This document shows, piece after piece, positions 9,465 through 19,331 of a stretch of DNA of 48,310 nt. Numbering within the stretch: the stretch's first letter is position 1; each line of letters opens with the position of its first letter. Origin of the DNA: an uncultured Muribaculaceae bacterium (GTDB taxonomy: Bacteria > Bacteroidota > Bacteroidia > Bacteroidales > Muribaculaceae); the NCBI GenBank assembly GCA_947566655.1, contig CANOKG010000001.1, positions 1-48,310 of the forward strand, read 5' to 3'. The notes beneath the pieces were generated by a model. That model ran no database searches, was not told where the DNA came from, and saw only the letters and a list, made by a program, of their open reading frames with translations. The position numbers were made by a program, and so were the translations under genes.

Positions 9465-11765
9465 ATGAGAATCAATCACTTTATCACTACGGCTCTATTG
9501 GCAGCAATTGCGACCACCGGGCTTTCGGCTGCATCCACAGCATCCTATCGCACTATCCCACTTCCACAACAAATAGTCGAATTACCCGGGGAAAATCCAT
9601 TCCTATTAGGAGGCAACACCAAGATAACAGCGCCAAGATCGCTGCTTAACGAGGTTCAATGGTTGCAACAGAATCTTCCCTCAGGATTAACAGGTGACTC
9701 TTCAGGTACCATAATACTTAAAGATGATCTTGTCGACACTAATCCCGAAGCTTATACAATCGAGGTTACCAAGGATAACATAATCGTGAGGGGCGCCTCA
9801 GCCGCCGGTGTTTTCTACGGCCTTGAGACACTGCGAAAGTCAATCCCCGTCACTCTCGATGCCGATAAAACAGTTGAGATGCCGGCCGTGCTGATAGCCG
9901 ACAAGCCGCGATTCTCTTACCGCGGAGCCCACTTTGATGTTTCCCGACATTTCTTTAGCATAGATGAAGTAAAAAGTTTCATCGACATGCTCGCACTACA
10001 TGGCATCAACACCCTCCACTGGCACTTGACCGACGATCAAGGCTGGCGCATCGAGATAAAGAAATACCCCAGACTCACCGAAGTAGGCTCATACCGTCCA
10101 CACACTATCATAGGCCGCACAGGGCCCGGTTTTGACAACACTCCGGTAAGCGGTTTTTACACACAAGACCAGATTCGCGATGTTATAGAATACGCTGCCA
10201 AACGCCATATACAGATTGTTCCCGAAATCGACCTGCCGGGACACATGATGGCCGCGATGGCCTCATACCCGGAACTCGGTTGCACCGGAGGCCCCTACGA
10301 GGTGTGGTGTCAATGGGGTGTTAACGATGGTGTGCTATGCCCCGGCAAGGATCACACCATGGAGTTCATCGCCGATGTCCTTAACGAGGTTATGGACCTG
10401 TTCCCCTCGCCCTACATCCACATCGGCGGCGATGAATGTCCGAAGGTTGTATGGTCGACCTGCCCACACTGCCAGGCTCGCATCAAAGAGCTTGGTCTTG
10501 TGGAGAAAAACGGTGTATCACCCGAATCACAACTGCAAGGCTACGTCACAAAATTTGCATGTGATGTAGTGCGCAAGCATGGCAAAAGTGCTATCGGTTG
10601 GGACGAAATACTGGAGTGCGAGATTCCTGAAGATGCCATTATAATGTCGTGGCGCGGCGTTGAAGGTGCAGCCGACGGAACAGCCCGCGGCCACCGTGCC
10701 ATTCTCTCCCCTACAAGTCACTGTTACTTTGACTTCTACCAAACAAAAGACACCCAAAACGAGCCTTATGCCATAGGTGGCCTCACAACAGTGGAGCGTG
10801 TGTATAGCCTTGAGCCGTACCTCCCGGGGATGACCGATAAACAAAAAGATCTCATAATGGGATGCCAGGCCAACCTTTGGACCGAGTACATTCCTACATT
10901 CTCCCACGTCCAATACATGGAGTTACCCCGATTGGCAGCACTCAGCGAAGTACAATGGATGCAGCCTGAGAACCGCGACTTCGAAGACTTCAAGACACGA
11001 ATTCCCGCTTTGATGGCCATCTACGACAAGCTCGGCTACAACTACGCCAAACATATCGCCGATGTCGATGTCAGCTATAATGTGGATCCGATCAACAAAA
11101 CATTGGTAATGACTTGCTCGTCACTTCCGGGCTACGACATCCGATACACTCTCGATGGCTCCAAGCCAACAACTTCGTCACAACTTTACACTGCCCCGGT
11201 AAATCTCGACCGCGATTGTATCGTTTCAATAACAACATTCAAGGACAATAACGAAGGTCGCGCAGTATGCGACACGTTATCGGTTGGAAAACTTACTTTT
11301 GCCAAATGCACATTGGCTGTTGAACCCGATGCAGGATATGCGTTTGGTGGCGGACAGCAACTTACCGACGGACTATCGGGCACCTGCAATTACCGCACGG
11401 GGAGATGGATAGGTTTCTCGGGCAAGAACTGCGATGCCACAATCGAGTTGACCGAGCCTACCACACTCAGCGAGGTAGGATTCAATGTGGATGTATTCTC
11501 CTGCGACGGACTGGTAGACTGCCGAGGAGTTGAAATATATGGCAAAGCTCCCGGCAGCGACAAATTTGAGCTGTTAACGAGCGAAGAGTATCCCGAAATG
11601 GACGCATCGCGCCAATTTGAGGTAGCCAATCATACCATAAAGTTCCAGCCACGTGAGCTATCGGCATTAAGAGTGGTGATCAAACCACAGTGGGTACTTC
11701 CCGACAGTCATCCGCTAAGAGGCTGCCTTGGCTTCCTCTTTGTTGACGAAATCACTGCCAAATAA
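9465..11765 (+). CDS. GH20 beta-N-acetylhexosaminidase with a C-terminal discoidin-like (F5/8 type C) domain
   Basis: Signal peptide; the GH20 blocks RGAHFDVSRHFF, NTLHWHLTDDQGWRIEI, IVPEIDLPGH and the catalytic IHIGGDE; a C-terminal ~150-aa beta-sandwich-like tail. Confidence 0.9.
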   Translation: MRINHFITTALLAAIATTGLSAASTASYRTIPLPQQIVELPGENPFLLGGNTKITAPRSLLNEVQWLQQNLPSGLTGDSSGTIILKDDLVDTNPEAYTIEVTKDNIIVRGASAAGVFYGLETLRKSIPVTLDADKTVEMPAVLIADKPRFSYRGAHFDVSRHFFSIDEVKSFIDMLALHGINTLHWHLTDDQGWRIEIKKYPRLTEVGSYRPHTIIGRTGPGFDNTPVSGFYTQDQIRDVIEYAAKRHIQIVPEIDLPGHMMAAMASYPELGCTGGPYEVWCQWGVNDGVLCPGKDHTMEFIADVLNEVMDLFPSPYIHIGGDECPKVVWSTCPHCQARIKELGLVEKNGVSPESQLQGYVTKFACDVVRKHGKSAIGWDEILECEIPEDAIIMSWRGVEGAADGTARGHRAILSPTSHCYFDFYQTKDTQNEPYAIGGLTTVERVYSLEPYLPGMTDKQKDLIMGCQANLWTEYIPTFSHVQYMELPRLAALSEVQWMQPENRDFEDFKTRIPALMAIYDKLGYNYAKHIADVDVSYNVDPINKTLVMTCSSLPGYDIRYTLDGSKPTTSSQLYTAPVNLDRDCIVSITTFKDNNEGRAVCDTLSVGKLTFAKCTLAVEPDAGYAFGGGQQLTDGLSGTCNYRTGRWIGFSGKNCDATIELTEPTTLSEVGFNVDVFSCDGLVDCRGVEIYGKAPGSDKFELLTSEEYPEMDASRQFEVANHTIKFQPRELSALRVVIKPQWVLPDSHPLRGCLGFLFVDEITAK

Positions 11766-11795
11766 ACTAAATTCGCTCCGGAATCTTATTAATAG

Positions 11796-11836
11796 CAGAG
11801 CGCGACATCACAAGTCGCGCTCTGTTATTTATTTTT
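11796..11836 (+). terminator. Intrinsic terminator between the convergent GH20 and PiT genes
   Basis: Perfect 11-bp stem cagagcgcgac / gtcgcgctctg (11796-11806 and 11814-11824), a 7-nt loop, then ttatttattttt. Confidence 0.7.
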
Positions 11837-11855
11837 GACAATACACCACAACCTC

Positions 11856-14144
11856 TTATATTCTTAATCTTGAGAAACTGCGGTAATGGGATGGTTCAAG
11901 ATTGATTTTACCTATGGCGCGAAGCATCTTTCTAAGAGATGTAACCATCTCTTGACTTTCCTGAAGCAGATTAAGATATACATAAGCGACTGTCATATCG
12001 GAAGTATCACCGTTCTGCAACAGGTCATAAACAGCCTTGCTGCTTAGTGATAATTCTTGTTTTACCGATTCACAGCGTTTTCGAAGAAGATCAATAGCTT
12101 CGGGATGATTCTCATCCACTGTAGTCGCAGCATCATTGAAGATTGCGCACACCTCGTCGCGAATGCCAGAAACTGTATCATGGAAACGAACCGGAAGAGG
12201 CGTGAAATTATTATCGACATGCTCCTTACACACCTCGTTTATGTGCCGTAGGCTATATGTGATTGACATTGCCATGTTGTTGCTCAGATGAAACCAAGTG
12301 CTCTTCTCCATCGCCGTCTGGGGCGAAGCCTTTCTGAAGCAGAGAGTCAGCTTGCGACGTTGGCTTTTAAGCACATCTTTTTCAAGGACCAGTGTTTTCT
12401 CTGCATTGGAGAGAAATTTCACTTTATCATTCAGGAATCCATTAATAATGTCACGGTATAAATCGGCTCCAAACAAGAGAAACATCTTCTGCTTTTCATT
12501 TATGTATCGTCGGAGCAACGGCCACACGCTTGATGCATCATCGGTCGATAGTATAGTTTGGAACAGAGTGTCATGAAGCACTTCCTTTTTCTTCTTATTG
12601 AAGCGTATATTACTGCGTATCAATATCAGAAGGGCTATAATTCCACCGGCTATCATGACCGGGACACCACCCATGTGCATAAGGCAAACAACAAGTCCGG
12701 CGCCAATAAAAGCGACCCCTGCCGTAATAAACCAGCCACCTATTACCGAGATGACACCGGTAATTCGGAACACTGCACTTTCGCGCCCCCATGCACGATC
12801 GGCTAAGGATGTACCCATTGCGACCATGAAAGTTACAAATGTCGTTGACAGAGGCAATTTCATTGAAGTTCCCCAAGCTATAAGCAAGCCTGCAAGCATA
12901 AGATTAACCGCTCCTCTCACAAGGTCAAATGCGGCACCATCCTCCAACTGTTGAACCGTAGTATACATACGTCTGGAAATCCATCTCTTGATTCCAGACG
13001 GTATGTGCTCATTAATCCACGATGACAAATTTATAGCATACCTTACGAGAGAACGGCTTATTCTCGAAGACCCGAAGAGCTCATCGCTCTGACTTTGAGA
13101 ACTGAGTCCTACAGTGGTCTGTGTTACCTGACGTGCTTTTTTAGATGAAGCCAACGATACTACCATAATCGCTCCTGCCCCAACGAGAAAGTAGAACGGA
13201 GTTTGTGCCGGCCCGTTTAAATTGTTCATCATAAAACCATGTAGATTTCCCGAACCGTTAGCAACATAATCCTGATATGAAGCGAGCGAAGTAAGCGGCA
13301 CTCCGACAAAATTCACCAGATCGTTCCCGGCAAAAGCCATTGCGAGAGAAAATGTGCCTAAAAGCACCACTATTTTTAAAACATTTACTTTAAGGAAATG
13401 AAGAAGCTGCAATAATACCGTAAAACACAATAAAGAACCGCCAAGAATCAAAACTGTGTTATCATTGATCCACGCCTTTAACTCAGGTGTCATTATGGAG
13501 AGATCTTTAATACCCTTTATCAGCATGAAATATATAATGGCAGTAGTGGCTACACCTCCAAAAAGGCCGACCTTCCATTTCAAACGACTTTTATATTCAA
13601 ATGTAAATATTATCCTGGTCAAGTATTGCACTACGGTACCAAAGACAAAAGCTATCGCTACCGACAGGAATATCCCCAAAATCACCGACAACGCCTTTTC
13701 GGTATTAAGCAACTCACCGATACCAAGGGTGTTTTCGGGAGAGGCGATTTTAAACAACGCCACCACAAATGTAGCACCCAATAATTCAAACACCATTGAG
13801 ACTGTTGTTGAAGTCGGCATTCCCAACGAGTTAAAGAGATCAAGCAATATGATATCAGTAACCAACACGGCCATAAATATCGCTATCACGTCATAAAACG
13901 AGAGGTTCTCAGGACGAAAAATACCATGCCTGGCTATATCCATCATTCCGTTACTCATTGCCGCCCCTATAAACACACCAATGGCAGCCACTGTCATTAC
14001 CCGCTTGAAAGTAGCTGCTTTAGAGCCAAGAGCCGATGACAAAAAATTAACCGCATCATTGCTCACACCTACCGATAGATCGAATATCGCAAGTAGGAAA
14101 AGGAATATTACAATACCAAGAAAAATAAGATCCATATAATGCAT
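11856..14144 (-). CDS. PiT-family inorganic phosphate transporter with a ~240-aa C-terminal soluble domain
   Basis: Duplicated PHO4 signatures (GVSNDAVNFLSSALGS and AFAGNDLVNFVGVPL) and about 10 or more TM helices. A hydrophilic helical C-terminal domain follows RSNIRFNKKKKE. The start could be M1 or M4. Confidence 0.85.
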   Translation of the reverse strand: MHYMDLIFLGIVIFLFLLAIFDLSVGVSNDAVNFLSSALGSKAATFKRVMTVAAIGVFIGAAMSNGMMDIARHGIFRPENLSFYDVIAIFMAVLVTDIILLDLFNSLGMPTSTTVSMVFELLGATFVVALFKIASPENTLGIGELLNTEKALSVILGIFLSVAIAFVFGTVVQYLTRIIFTFEYKSRLKWKVGLFGGVATTAIIYFMLIKGIKDLSIMTPELKAWINDNTVLILGGSLLCFTVLLQLLHFLKVNVLKIVVLLGTFSLAMAFAGNDLVNFVGVPLTSLASYQDYVANGSGNLHGFMMNNLNGPAQTPFYFLVGAGAIMVVSLASSKKARQVTQTTVGLSSQSQSDELFGSSRISRSLVRYAINLSSWINEHIPSGIKRWISRRMYTTVQQLEDGAAFDLVRGAVNLMLAGLLIAWGTSMKLPLSTTFVTFMVAMGTSLADRAWGRESAVFRITGVISVIGGWFITAGVAFIGAGLVVCLMHMGGVPVMIAGGIIALLILIRSNIRFNKKKKEVLHDTLFQTILSTDDASSVWPLLRRYINEKQKMFLLFGADLYRDIINGFLNDKVKFLSNAEKTLVLEKDVLKSQRRKLTLCFRKASPQTAMEKSTWFHLSNNMAMSITYSLRHINEVCKEHVDNNFTPLPVRFHDTVSGIRDEVCAIFNDAATTVDENHPEAIDLLRKRCESVKQELSLSSKAVYDLLQNGDTSDMTVAYVYLNLLQESQEMVTSLRKMLRAIGKINLEPSHYRSFSRLRI

Positions 14145-14214
14145 TTTTAATCAAAACAAAACTCGGCATTATATGTTGCAAAAAATTAAATAATTTGTTA
14201 CGTTTTTGTTAAGT

Positions 14215-15627
14215 TTACAGTTTACCGCCACGCTCACTTAAGTTAAAATCAAATCTAAGGCCATTATCATTACAGGCCATTATCTCCCCTCCATGAATTG
14301 CTATTGCATTCTTTACTATCGCGAGTCCAAGTCCGGTACCACCTTTTTCACGGGAGCGACCTTTATCAATCCTATAGAACCGTTCAAAAATACGCGGCAG
14401 ATATTCGTCAGGTATACCACATCCATTGTCACGTAATGAAAAGTTTCCATCCTTATCTCCATCGATGTGAATTTCGGTTCCTCCACTATAAGCTATCGCA
14501 TTATCGATTAAATTACGAAAGATCGATTCCAACAATTGCCGATTCCCGGCTATCTCAAAATCAGGGACATTGACAAGAATCTTCATATCAGTGTGCAATC
14601 GCTCACTCTCGGCCACATTCTCTATCAACTGACGAAGATTGACTGTTCTCTTCTCTATCAGTTTCAATCCCTCGTCCAATCTTGTTATTGTCGACACATC
14701 ATCAAGCATTGATGCGAGCCTATCGGTGTTTTCACATATTCGTTCTATGAATTCAGCTTTACTACTATCTGAAAGTTCTGCATGGTCACGCAACAACTCC
14801 GCACAAATTTTTATTGACGCTACAGGAGTCTTGAGCTCGTGATTTATATTATTAGTAAGCTCCTTCTTCAATCTTATTTTTTCTCTCTCCTGCACAATAG
14901 CTTCCTGATGCCTTTGATCCCTCTCGACATAAAGCCTCACTATATTGGCTGCTATATTTCCCAGTTCATCGTTAGGAAAAGCCCAATCCTCATAAATTTT
15001 ACTGCCACGACTCGCTTTCTCGGCAAAACTGTTAAGATTGGATATACTCGTGGAAATCTTCCTGGCAACAAAGTACCCTATTACACTTACAACTATAGTT
15101 AACGCGAACATAACCCACAGAAATGAACTGTCGGCCTTTAAAAAATCGCGGAGCATATGATCATAAGGCACAGCGCTTCTTATAACCGACCCATCACCCA
15201 TCAAAGTGGCCGAATAGAAGTAGTCACTGTCATCACTTTCTGAATGTCGCCCGACCGAATATCCTGTGCCAGCCTTTCTTGCTTGTAAAATTTCAGGCCT
15301 GTTATCGTGATTTGTGTTCGGGAACGGAGTCTTGTCGTTATTGTCATATATCACGACTCCTTCACTGTTAACCAACGTTAGACGTAACCCGGGCAATGGT
15401 GTACCTATGCGTGAGGCTATCGATGCTATACTCTCGCCTTTTTCCATATCATCGATTATTCGCTCGTTATGCATTTGCAATTCCATATTCATCAGTTCCG
15501 ATCTGAAAGTCGTTTCCCTATGATACTGAAATACAGCAAAAGCGCCTACTAACACCCAACAGAATGAAAGGAGAGAATAAAATACTTTATAATGGAATGA
15601 AGACTTAATCCTGCCAGCCATAGCCAT
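14215..15627 (-). CDS. Two-component sensor histidine kinase (two TM helices, periplasmic sensor, HisKA plus HATPase)
   Basis: H-box NHELKTPVASIKICAELL, N-box LIDNAIAYS, G-boxes DNGCGIP and GGTGLGLAIVK. It overlaps the upstream response-regulator gene by 17-23 nt. Confidence 0.9.
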   Translation of the reverse strand: MAMAGRIKSSFHYKVFYSLLSFCWVLVGAFAVFQYHRETTFRSELMNMELQMHNERIIDDMEKGESIASIASRIGTPLPGLRLTLVNSEGVVIYDNNDKTPFPNTNHDNRPEILQARKAGTGYSVGRHSESDDSDYFYSATLMGDGSVIRSAVPYDHMLRDFLKADSSFLWVMFALTIVVSVIGYFVARKISTSISNLNSFAEKASRGSKIYEDWAFPNDELGNIAANIVRLYVERDQRHQEAIVQEREKIRLKKELTNNINHELKTPVASIKICAELLRDHAELSDSSKAEFIERICENTDRLASMLDDVSTITRLDEGLKLIEKRTVNLRQLIENVAESERLHTDMKILVNVPDFEIAGNRQLLESIFRNLIDNAIAYSGGTEIHIDGDKDGNFSLRDNGCGIPDEYLPRIFERFYRIDKGRSREKGGTGLGLAIVKNAIAIHGGEIMACNDNGLRFDFNLSERGGKL

Positions 15628-16264
15628 AGCCCGAACGATTCACAATATGTTTACCATAAGGCACGATCTTTCCACGAAGCCGTGTGATATGAACATCAAT
15701 CGACCTATCGACCACCACACTGTGTTCAGGCCATATTCGTTCAAAAAGTTCTTCCCGTGTGAATATGCGTCCTCGGTTTTCGAGAAATAGAGCAAGTAGT
15801 TCAAACTCCTTCTTAGGTAATTTTACCATACGGCCATCAACACTACAGGTAAGTGATGCTCTGTCGCAAACAACGCCATTCTCTTTTTTTATACCCGACC
15901 GCCTCAGCACTGCTGTGATACGGGCCAAGAGATTTTTAATTGAATAGGGTTTTGTGATATAGTCATCGGCTCCGAGATTCAAACCCGACACCATGTCATC
16001 TTCTGAGTTTTTTGCTGTTAGAAAAATAACAGGGATATTAGCGGTAATACTGTTTTTCTTTAAGATTTGTACCATCTCAAGGCCACTCACCCCATCCATC
16101 ATTATATCAAGTAAGATCAGATCATACCCATCAAGACCGTTAGATAATGCTTCATCAGCACTACCTACAGCATCTACATCATACCCTTCAAGTTTAAGAT
16201 AAGTCTGGAGTCCCAGCCTTAGCGGTTCCTCGTCATCTACAATAAGTATTTTATATTGATTCAT
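15605..16264 (-). CDS. OmpR/PhoB-family response regulator
   Basis: Receiver domain (KILIVDDEE, LILLDIMMDG, TAK) plus a winged-helix output (LPKKEFELLALFLENRGRIFTREEL..VDVHITRLR). I place the start at MNQYKILIV (ATG 16262-16264). The track's 232-aa form adds 13 aa. Confidence 0.9.
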   Translation of the reverse strand: MNQYKILIVDDEEPLRLGLQTYLKLEGYDVDAVGSADEALSNGLDGYDLILLDIMMDGVSGLEMVQILKKNSITANIPVIFLTAKNSEDDMVSGLNLGADDYITKPYSIKNLLARITAVLRRSGIKKENGVVCDRASLTCSVDGRMVKLPKKEFELLALFLENRGRIFTREELFERIWPEHSVVVDRSIDVHITRLRGKIVPYGKHIVNRSGYGYGWQD

Positions 16265-16282
16265 AACTTGTGGATCTGAGGG

Positions 16283-16320
16283 TAAATTAACAGGGTGAGT
16301 CACAGTTTACAAACTCACCC
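16283..16320 (-). terminator. Hairpin downstream of metK (weak U-tract)
   Basis: 8-bp stem gggtgagt / actcaccc (16293-16300 and 16313-16320) with a 12-nt loop. Only tgttaattta follows on the minus strand. Confidence 0.45.
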
Positions 16321-16338
16321 CGTTAATATTAATATTCA

Positions 16339-17652
16339 TTATAGGTTGAAGGCTTCCTTGATAGTATCGACATAGTCGAGTTTTTCCCAGCTGAAAAGCT
16401 CTACCTCGATAACTTTCTCTCCTTCATATTTAGACTTGAAGTGCTTGGTTACCTTGCGCGGGGTGCGACCAAGATGTCCGTAGGTCGCAGTCTCAAGGTA
16501 AATAGGAGTGCGCAGTTTGAAGCGTTGCTCGATAGCATGTGGGCGCATGTCGAACAGGCCCTTCACTATTTCCGAAATCTGAGCATCGGTCATATCAACC
16601 TTCGAACTGCCATCGGTATTAACATAGAGACTTACCGGCTCGGCAACACCTATAGCATAGGCTACCTGAACCAATGCGCGGTCACAAACACCTGCTGCCA
16701 CAAGGTTCTTAGCAATGTGGCGGGCTGCATATGCGGCCGAGCGATCGACCTTCGATGGATCCTTGCCCGAGAACGCACCACCACCGTGAGCACCACGACC
16801 TCCATAGGTGTCGACAATGATCTTGCGTCCTGTCAAACCGGTATCACCATGAGGACCACCAATGACAAACTTGCCGGTAGGATTGACATGCAAAACAAAG
16901 TTATCGTCAAGCAAAGGTTTCAGATTCTCGGGCAGTTGTTCTTTAACACGAGGTATCAAGACTCGACGAACGTCCTCACTGATAACACGAAGCATCTCTT
17001 CATCGGCCTCTTCCTGACTACGATTTCCATCAGGCTGAATAAAGTCATCGTGCTGGGTTGAAACAACTATCGTGTGGACACGCACCGGTTTATGGTCCTC
17101 GGTATACTCCACTGTAACCTGACTCTTCGAGTCGGGACGAAGGTAGCTCACCCGCTCTCCCTGGGCATTGATATAAGTCATAGCCGATAAATCGTGTCTT
17201 ATCTTCGACAACTCCTTAAGCAGGGCATGGCTCAGGGTAACAGTGAGCGGCATGTAAACCTGGGTTTCATTGGTAGCATAACCAAACATCATGCCCTGAT
17301 CGCCGGCTCCCTGCTCAGCCGGCTCTACCCGCTCTACACCACGGTTGATATCGACACTCTGCTCATGGAGCGCTGAAAACACTCCACATGCCTCACCATC
17401 AAACTTCAACTCACTGCGGTCATAACCAATACCTTTGATCACGCGTCGCGTAACATCCATAAGGTCGATGTAGGCACTGCTCTTTACCTCACCGGCAACA
17501 ACTACCTGACCGGTTGTAACCAATGTCTCGCAAGCAACTTTAGATTGGGGATCGTGGGCGAGAAACTCGTCAAGCACAGCATCCGATATTTGGTCGGCAA
17601 CCTTATCGGGATGTCCCTCCGACACCGACTCTGATGTAAACAGATAATTCAT
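16339..17652 (-). CDS. metK: S-adenosylmethionine synthetase
   Basis: [47 protein letters not shown] and [16 protein letters not shown] are canonical MetK motifs. Confidence 0.97.
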   Translation of the reverse strand: MNYLFTSESVSEGHPDKVADQISDAVLDEFLAHDPQSKVACETLVTTGQVVVAGEVKSSAYIDLMDVTRRVIKGIGYDRSELKFDGEACGVFSALHEQSVDINRGVERVEPAEQGAGDQGMMFGYATNETQVYMPLTVTLSHALLKELSKIRHDLSAMTYINAQGERVSYLRPDSKSQVTVEYTEDHKPVRVHTIVVSTQHDDFIQPDGNRSQEEADEEMLRVISEDVRRVLIPRVKEQLPENLKPLLDDNFVLHVNPTGKFVIGGPHGDTGLTGRKIIVDTYGGRGAHGGGAFSGKDPSKVDRSAAYAARHIAKNLVAAGVCDRALVQVAYAIGVAEPVSLYVNTDGSSKVDMTDAQISEIVKGLFDMRPHAIEQRFKLRTPIYLETATYGHLGRTPRKVTKHFKSKYEGEKVIEVELFSWEKLDYVDTIKEAFNL

Positions 17653-17669
17653 AGTAGGATTCTATATAT

Positions 17670-17719
17670 AAAATTAAAAAATGCGTTGATGGGGGAGAAA
17701 TCTCGACCGCCATGAACGC
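17670..17719 (-). terminator. Terminator-like (attenuator-like) hairpin inside the metK 5' leader
   Basis: Minus-strand RNA: GCGUUCAUGG-(17 nt)-CCAUCAACGC, pairing 9 of 10. It is followed directly by AUUUUUUAAUUUU and ends about 18 nt before the metK ATG (17652). Confidence 0.5.
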
Positions 17720-18006
17720 ACATTAAAAACACTAACAACCTATCAGAATGATCGGAACAAGAATTATCGACAAACCATTTTATCATCGCCTTAAGATCCT
17801 GTACCCGAGCAGTTTTAGCATTTTTTTGTGTGGTTGCAAGCAGCCAAATTTGTCCACAATGTCCTGAAAGACACCACAAAGGTACAAAAAATTCGGCAAT
17901 CATAAGCATGTTCGACAACAAAAAAAATAATGCGAACAAATTTTTCTATCTAAATGTTAATATTTTACACACAGTTCACCACATTTCAACCTATTTACTA
18001 CTTATT

Positions 18007-19326
18007 ATGAAACACCACGGTTTGCTTATCGTCACAACTGCCCTGACCATTTCCCTATCGGCGATGGCTCAATCCAAAAGTCTTGTTGATCAACAGGTAG
18101 ATGCTTTGGTCGACTCCCATAAAATTGTAAATATCGACCGGAAGAATCAATCCGAGACCCAAGCCTATGTAGATTCTATAAAACAACAGATCTCGGCCTT
18201 TTACTACGACCAGTTCCGACATTTCTCTGATCCAGCAGCCCCCTATTTCCTATTCATGAGCAAAGATGCACAGCTCGCCATGGGCATTGGAGGATGCGTC
18301 AGAATGCGAGGATACTATGACTGGGGTGGTGCAATCCCTGCGGCCGGATTCGCGCCCTATCTTATACCTATGCGACCCGATCCGACCAACATGAGACAAT
18401 TCGGTACCACTCCGGCCGGATCGACCCTGTTTTTCCGAGTTTTAGGACGCAACAAAGCGCTTGGTGAATACCAACTGTATATCGAAGCCAACTTCAACGG
18501 TTACCAAGGTCGTGATTTCCACCTAAAAAAAGCCTATGCTACCATCAACGATTTTACCATAGGATATGCCAACTCAACCTTTAGTGACCCGGCTGCCGTG
18601 GCACCAACCGTCGATGCCCAAGGTCCTAACAATAAGATTTCCCCTACCTCGGTACTGGTAAGATATATGCCTACATTCAAGCAGAAATGGACAGTAGCCG
18701 TTTCGGTCGAAACGCCAACCTATGCAATCGCGGTAGACAACAAGTCGACTGCCAAGATATCTACATGGATGCCCGATTTTGCTGCTTTCGGCCAATATCA
18801 ATGGGCACCGGGACAACACATCCGACTCGCAGGCATAGTGCGCACTCTTTCCTATCGCGACCTGTTGACCTCCAAAAATCACAACCGGGTAGGCTGGGGT
18901 CTGCAGCTCAGCTCGGTAGCCCATCCTGTCTCAATGTTAACCACCTATGCCACTATAAACTATGGTCATGGAACGCAGAGTCTTGGCGCCGACCTGGCCA
19001 TTGGCAATTATGATCTTGTAGGCACAGCCAATGAGCCCGGAATGCTTTACTCTCCGGCCGCTTTGGGATGGAGCATAGGCTTGCAATACAACATCAGGTC
19101 CAATCTGTTTATATCAACCTCGGTCAGCGAATGTCGCTATCTACCCCGACTGCCGGTGGACAGTAGCGAATATAAATATGGCATTTTCAGTGATATAAAC
19201 ATATTTTGGAACTTAACGCCAAGAATGCAGGTAGGAGCTGAATTTGATCTTGCCTTGCGTCACAACTTCGATGGAGAACAACGCTGGGCGCGCCGTGTAG
19301 GCCTTATGGCTCAGTTCTCATTTTAA
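18007..19326 (+). CDS. Outer-membrane beta-barrel porin-like protein (DcaP-like architecture is my guess)
   Basis: I place the start at MKHHGLLIVTTALTISLSAMAQ (signal peptide). The track's 498-aa form starts upstream at a non-ATG codon. A coiled-coil-like N-terminal segment is followed by alternating amphipathic strands and the C-terminal ..MAQFSF aromatic residue typical of OMPs. Confidence 0.6.
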   Translation: MKHHGLLIVTTALTISLSAMAQSKSLVDQQVDALVDSHKIVNIDRKNQSETQAYVDSIKQQISAFYYDQFRHFSDPAAPYFLFMSKDAQLAMGIGGCVRMRGYYDWGGAIPAAGFAPYLIPMRPDPTNMRQFGTTPAGSTLFFRVLGRNKALGEYQLYIEANFNGYQGRDFHLKKAYATINDFTIGYANSTFSDPAAVAPTVDAQGPNNKISPTSVLVRYMPTFKQKWTVAVSVETPTYAIAVDNKSTAKISTWMPDFAAFGQYQWAPGQHIRLAGIVRTLSYRDLLTSKNHNRVGWGLQLSSVAHPVSMLTTYATINYGHGTQSLGADLAIGNYDLVGTANEPGMLYSPAALGWSIGLQYNIRSNLFISTSVSECRYLPRLPVDSSEYKYGIFSDINIFWNLTPRMQVGAEFDLALRHNFDGEQRWARRVGLMAQFSF

Positions 19327-19331
19327 ACAGG

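Noticed and set aside
11862-11880. An 11-nt match (ttaatcttgag) to the MITE interior, inside the 3' end of the PiT gene
   Set aside because: The match is too short, has no flanking similarity to the element and lies in coding sequence. It is consistent with chance.
17653-17900. Assignment of the metK leader to the classical SAM-I (S-box) or SAM-II class
   Set aside because: I could not find the S-box GGAGGGA / GCCC / GGUGCUAA core, nor the SAM-II GGCUU...AAAGCU pseudoknot pairing. Only loose resemblances are present (GCAACC, UGCUAAAA). I therefore report it as an unclassified candidate leader, not as a named riboswitch.
17649-17939. A 96-aa minus-strand ORF covering the metK leader, whose TGA stop overlaps the metK ATG (ATGA)
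   Set aside because: It starts at a TTG (the first in-frame ATG gives 86 aa) and has no recognisable domain. It runs through the terminator-like hairpin and the divergent promoter region in AT-rich sequence, where long ORFs arise by chance. I cannot fully exclude a leader peptide. Conservation and dN/dS in relatives, or ribosome profiling, would settle it.
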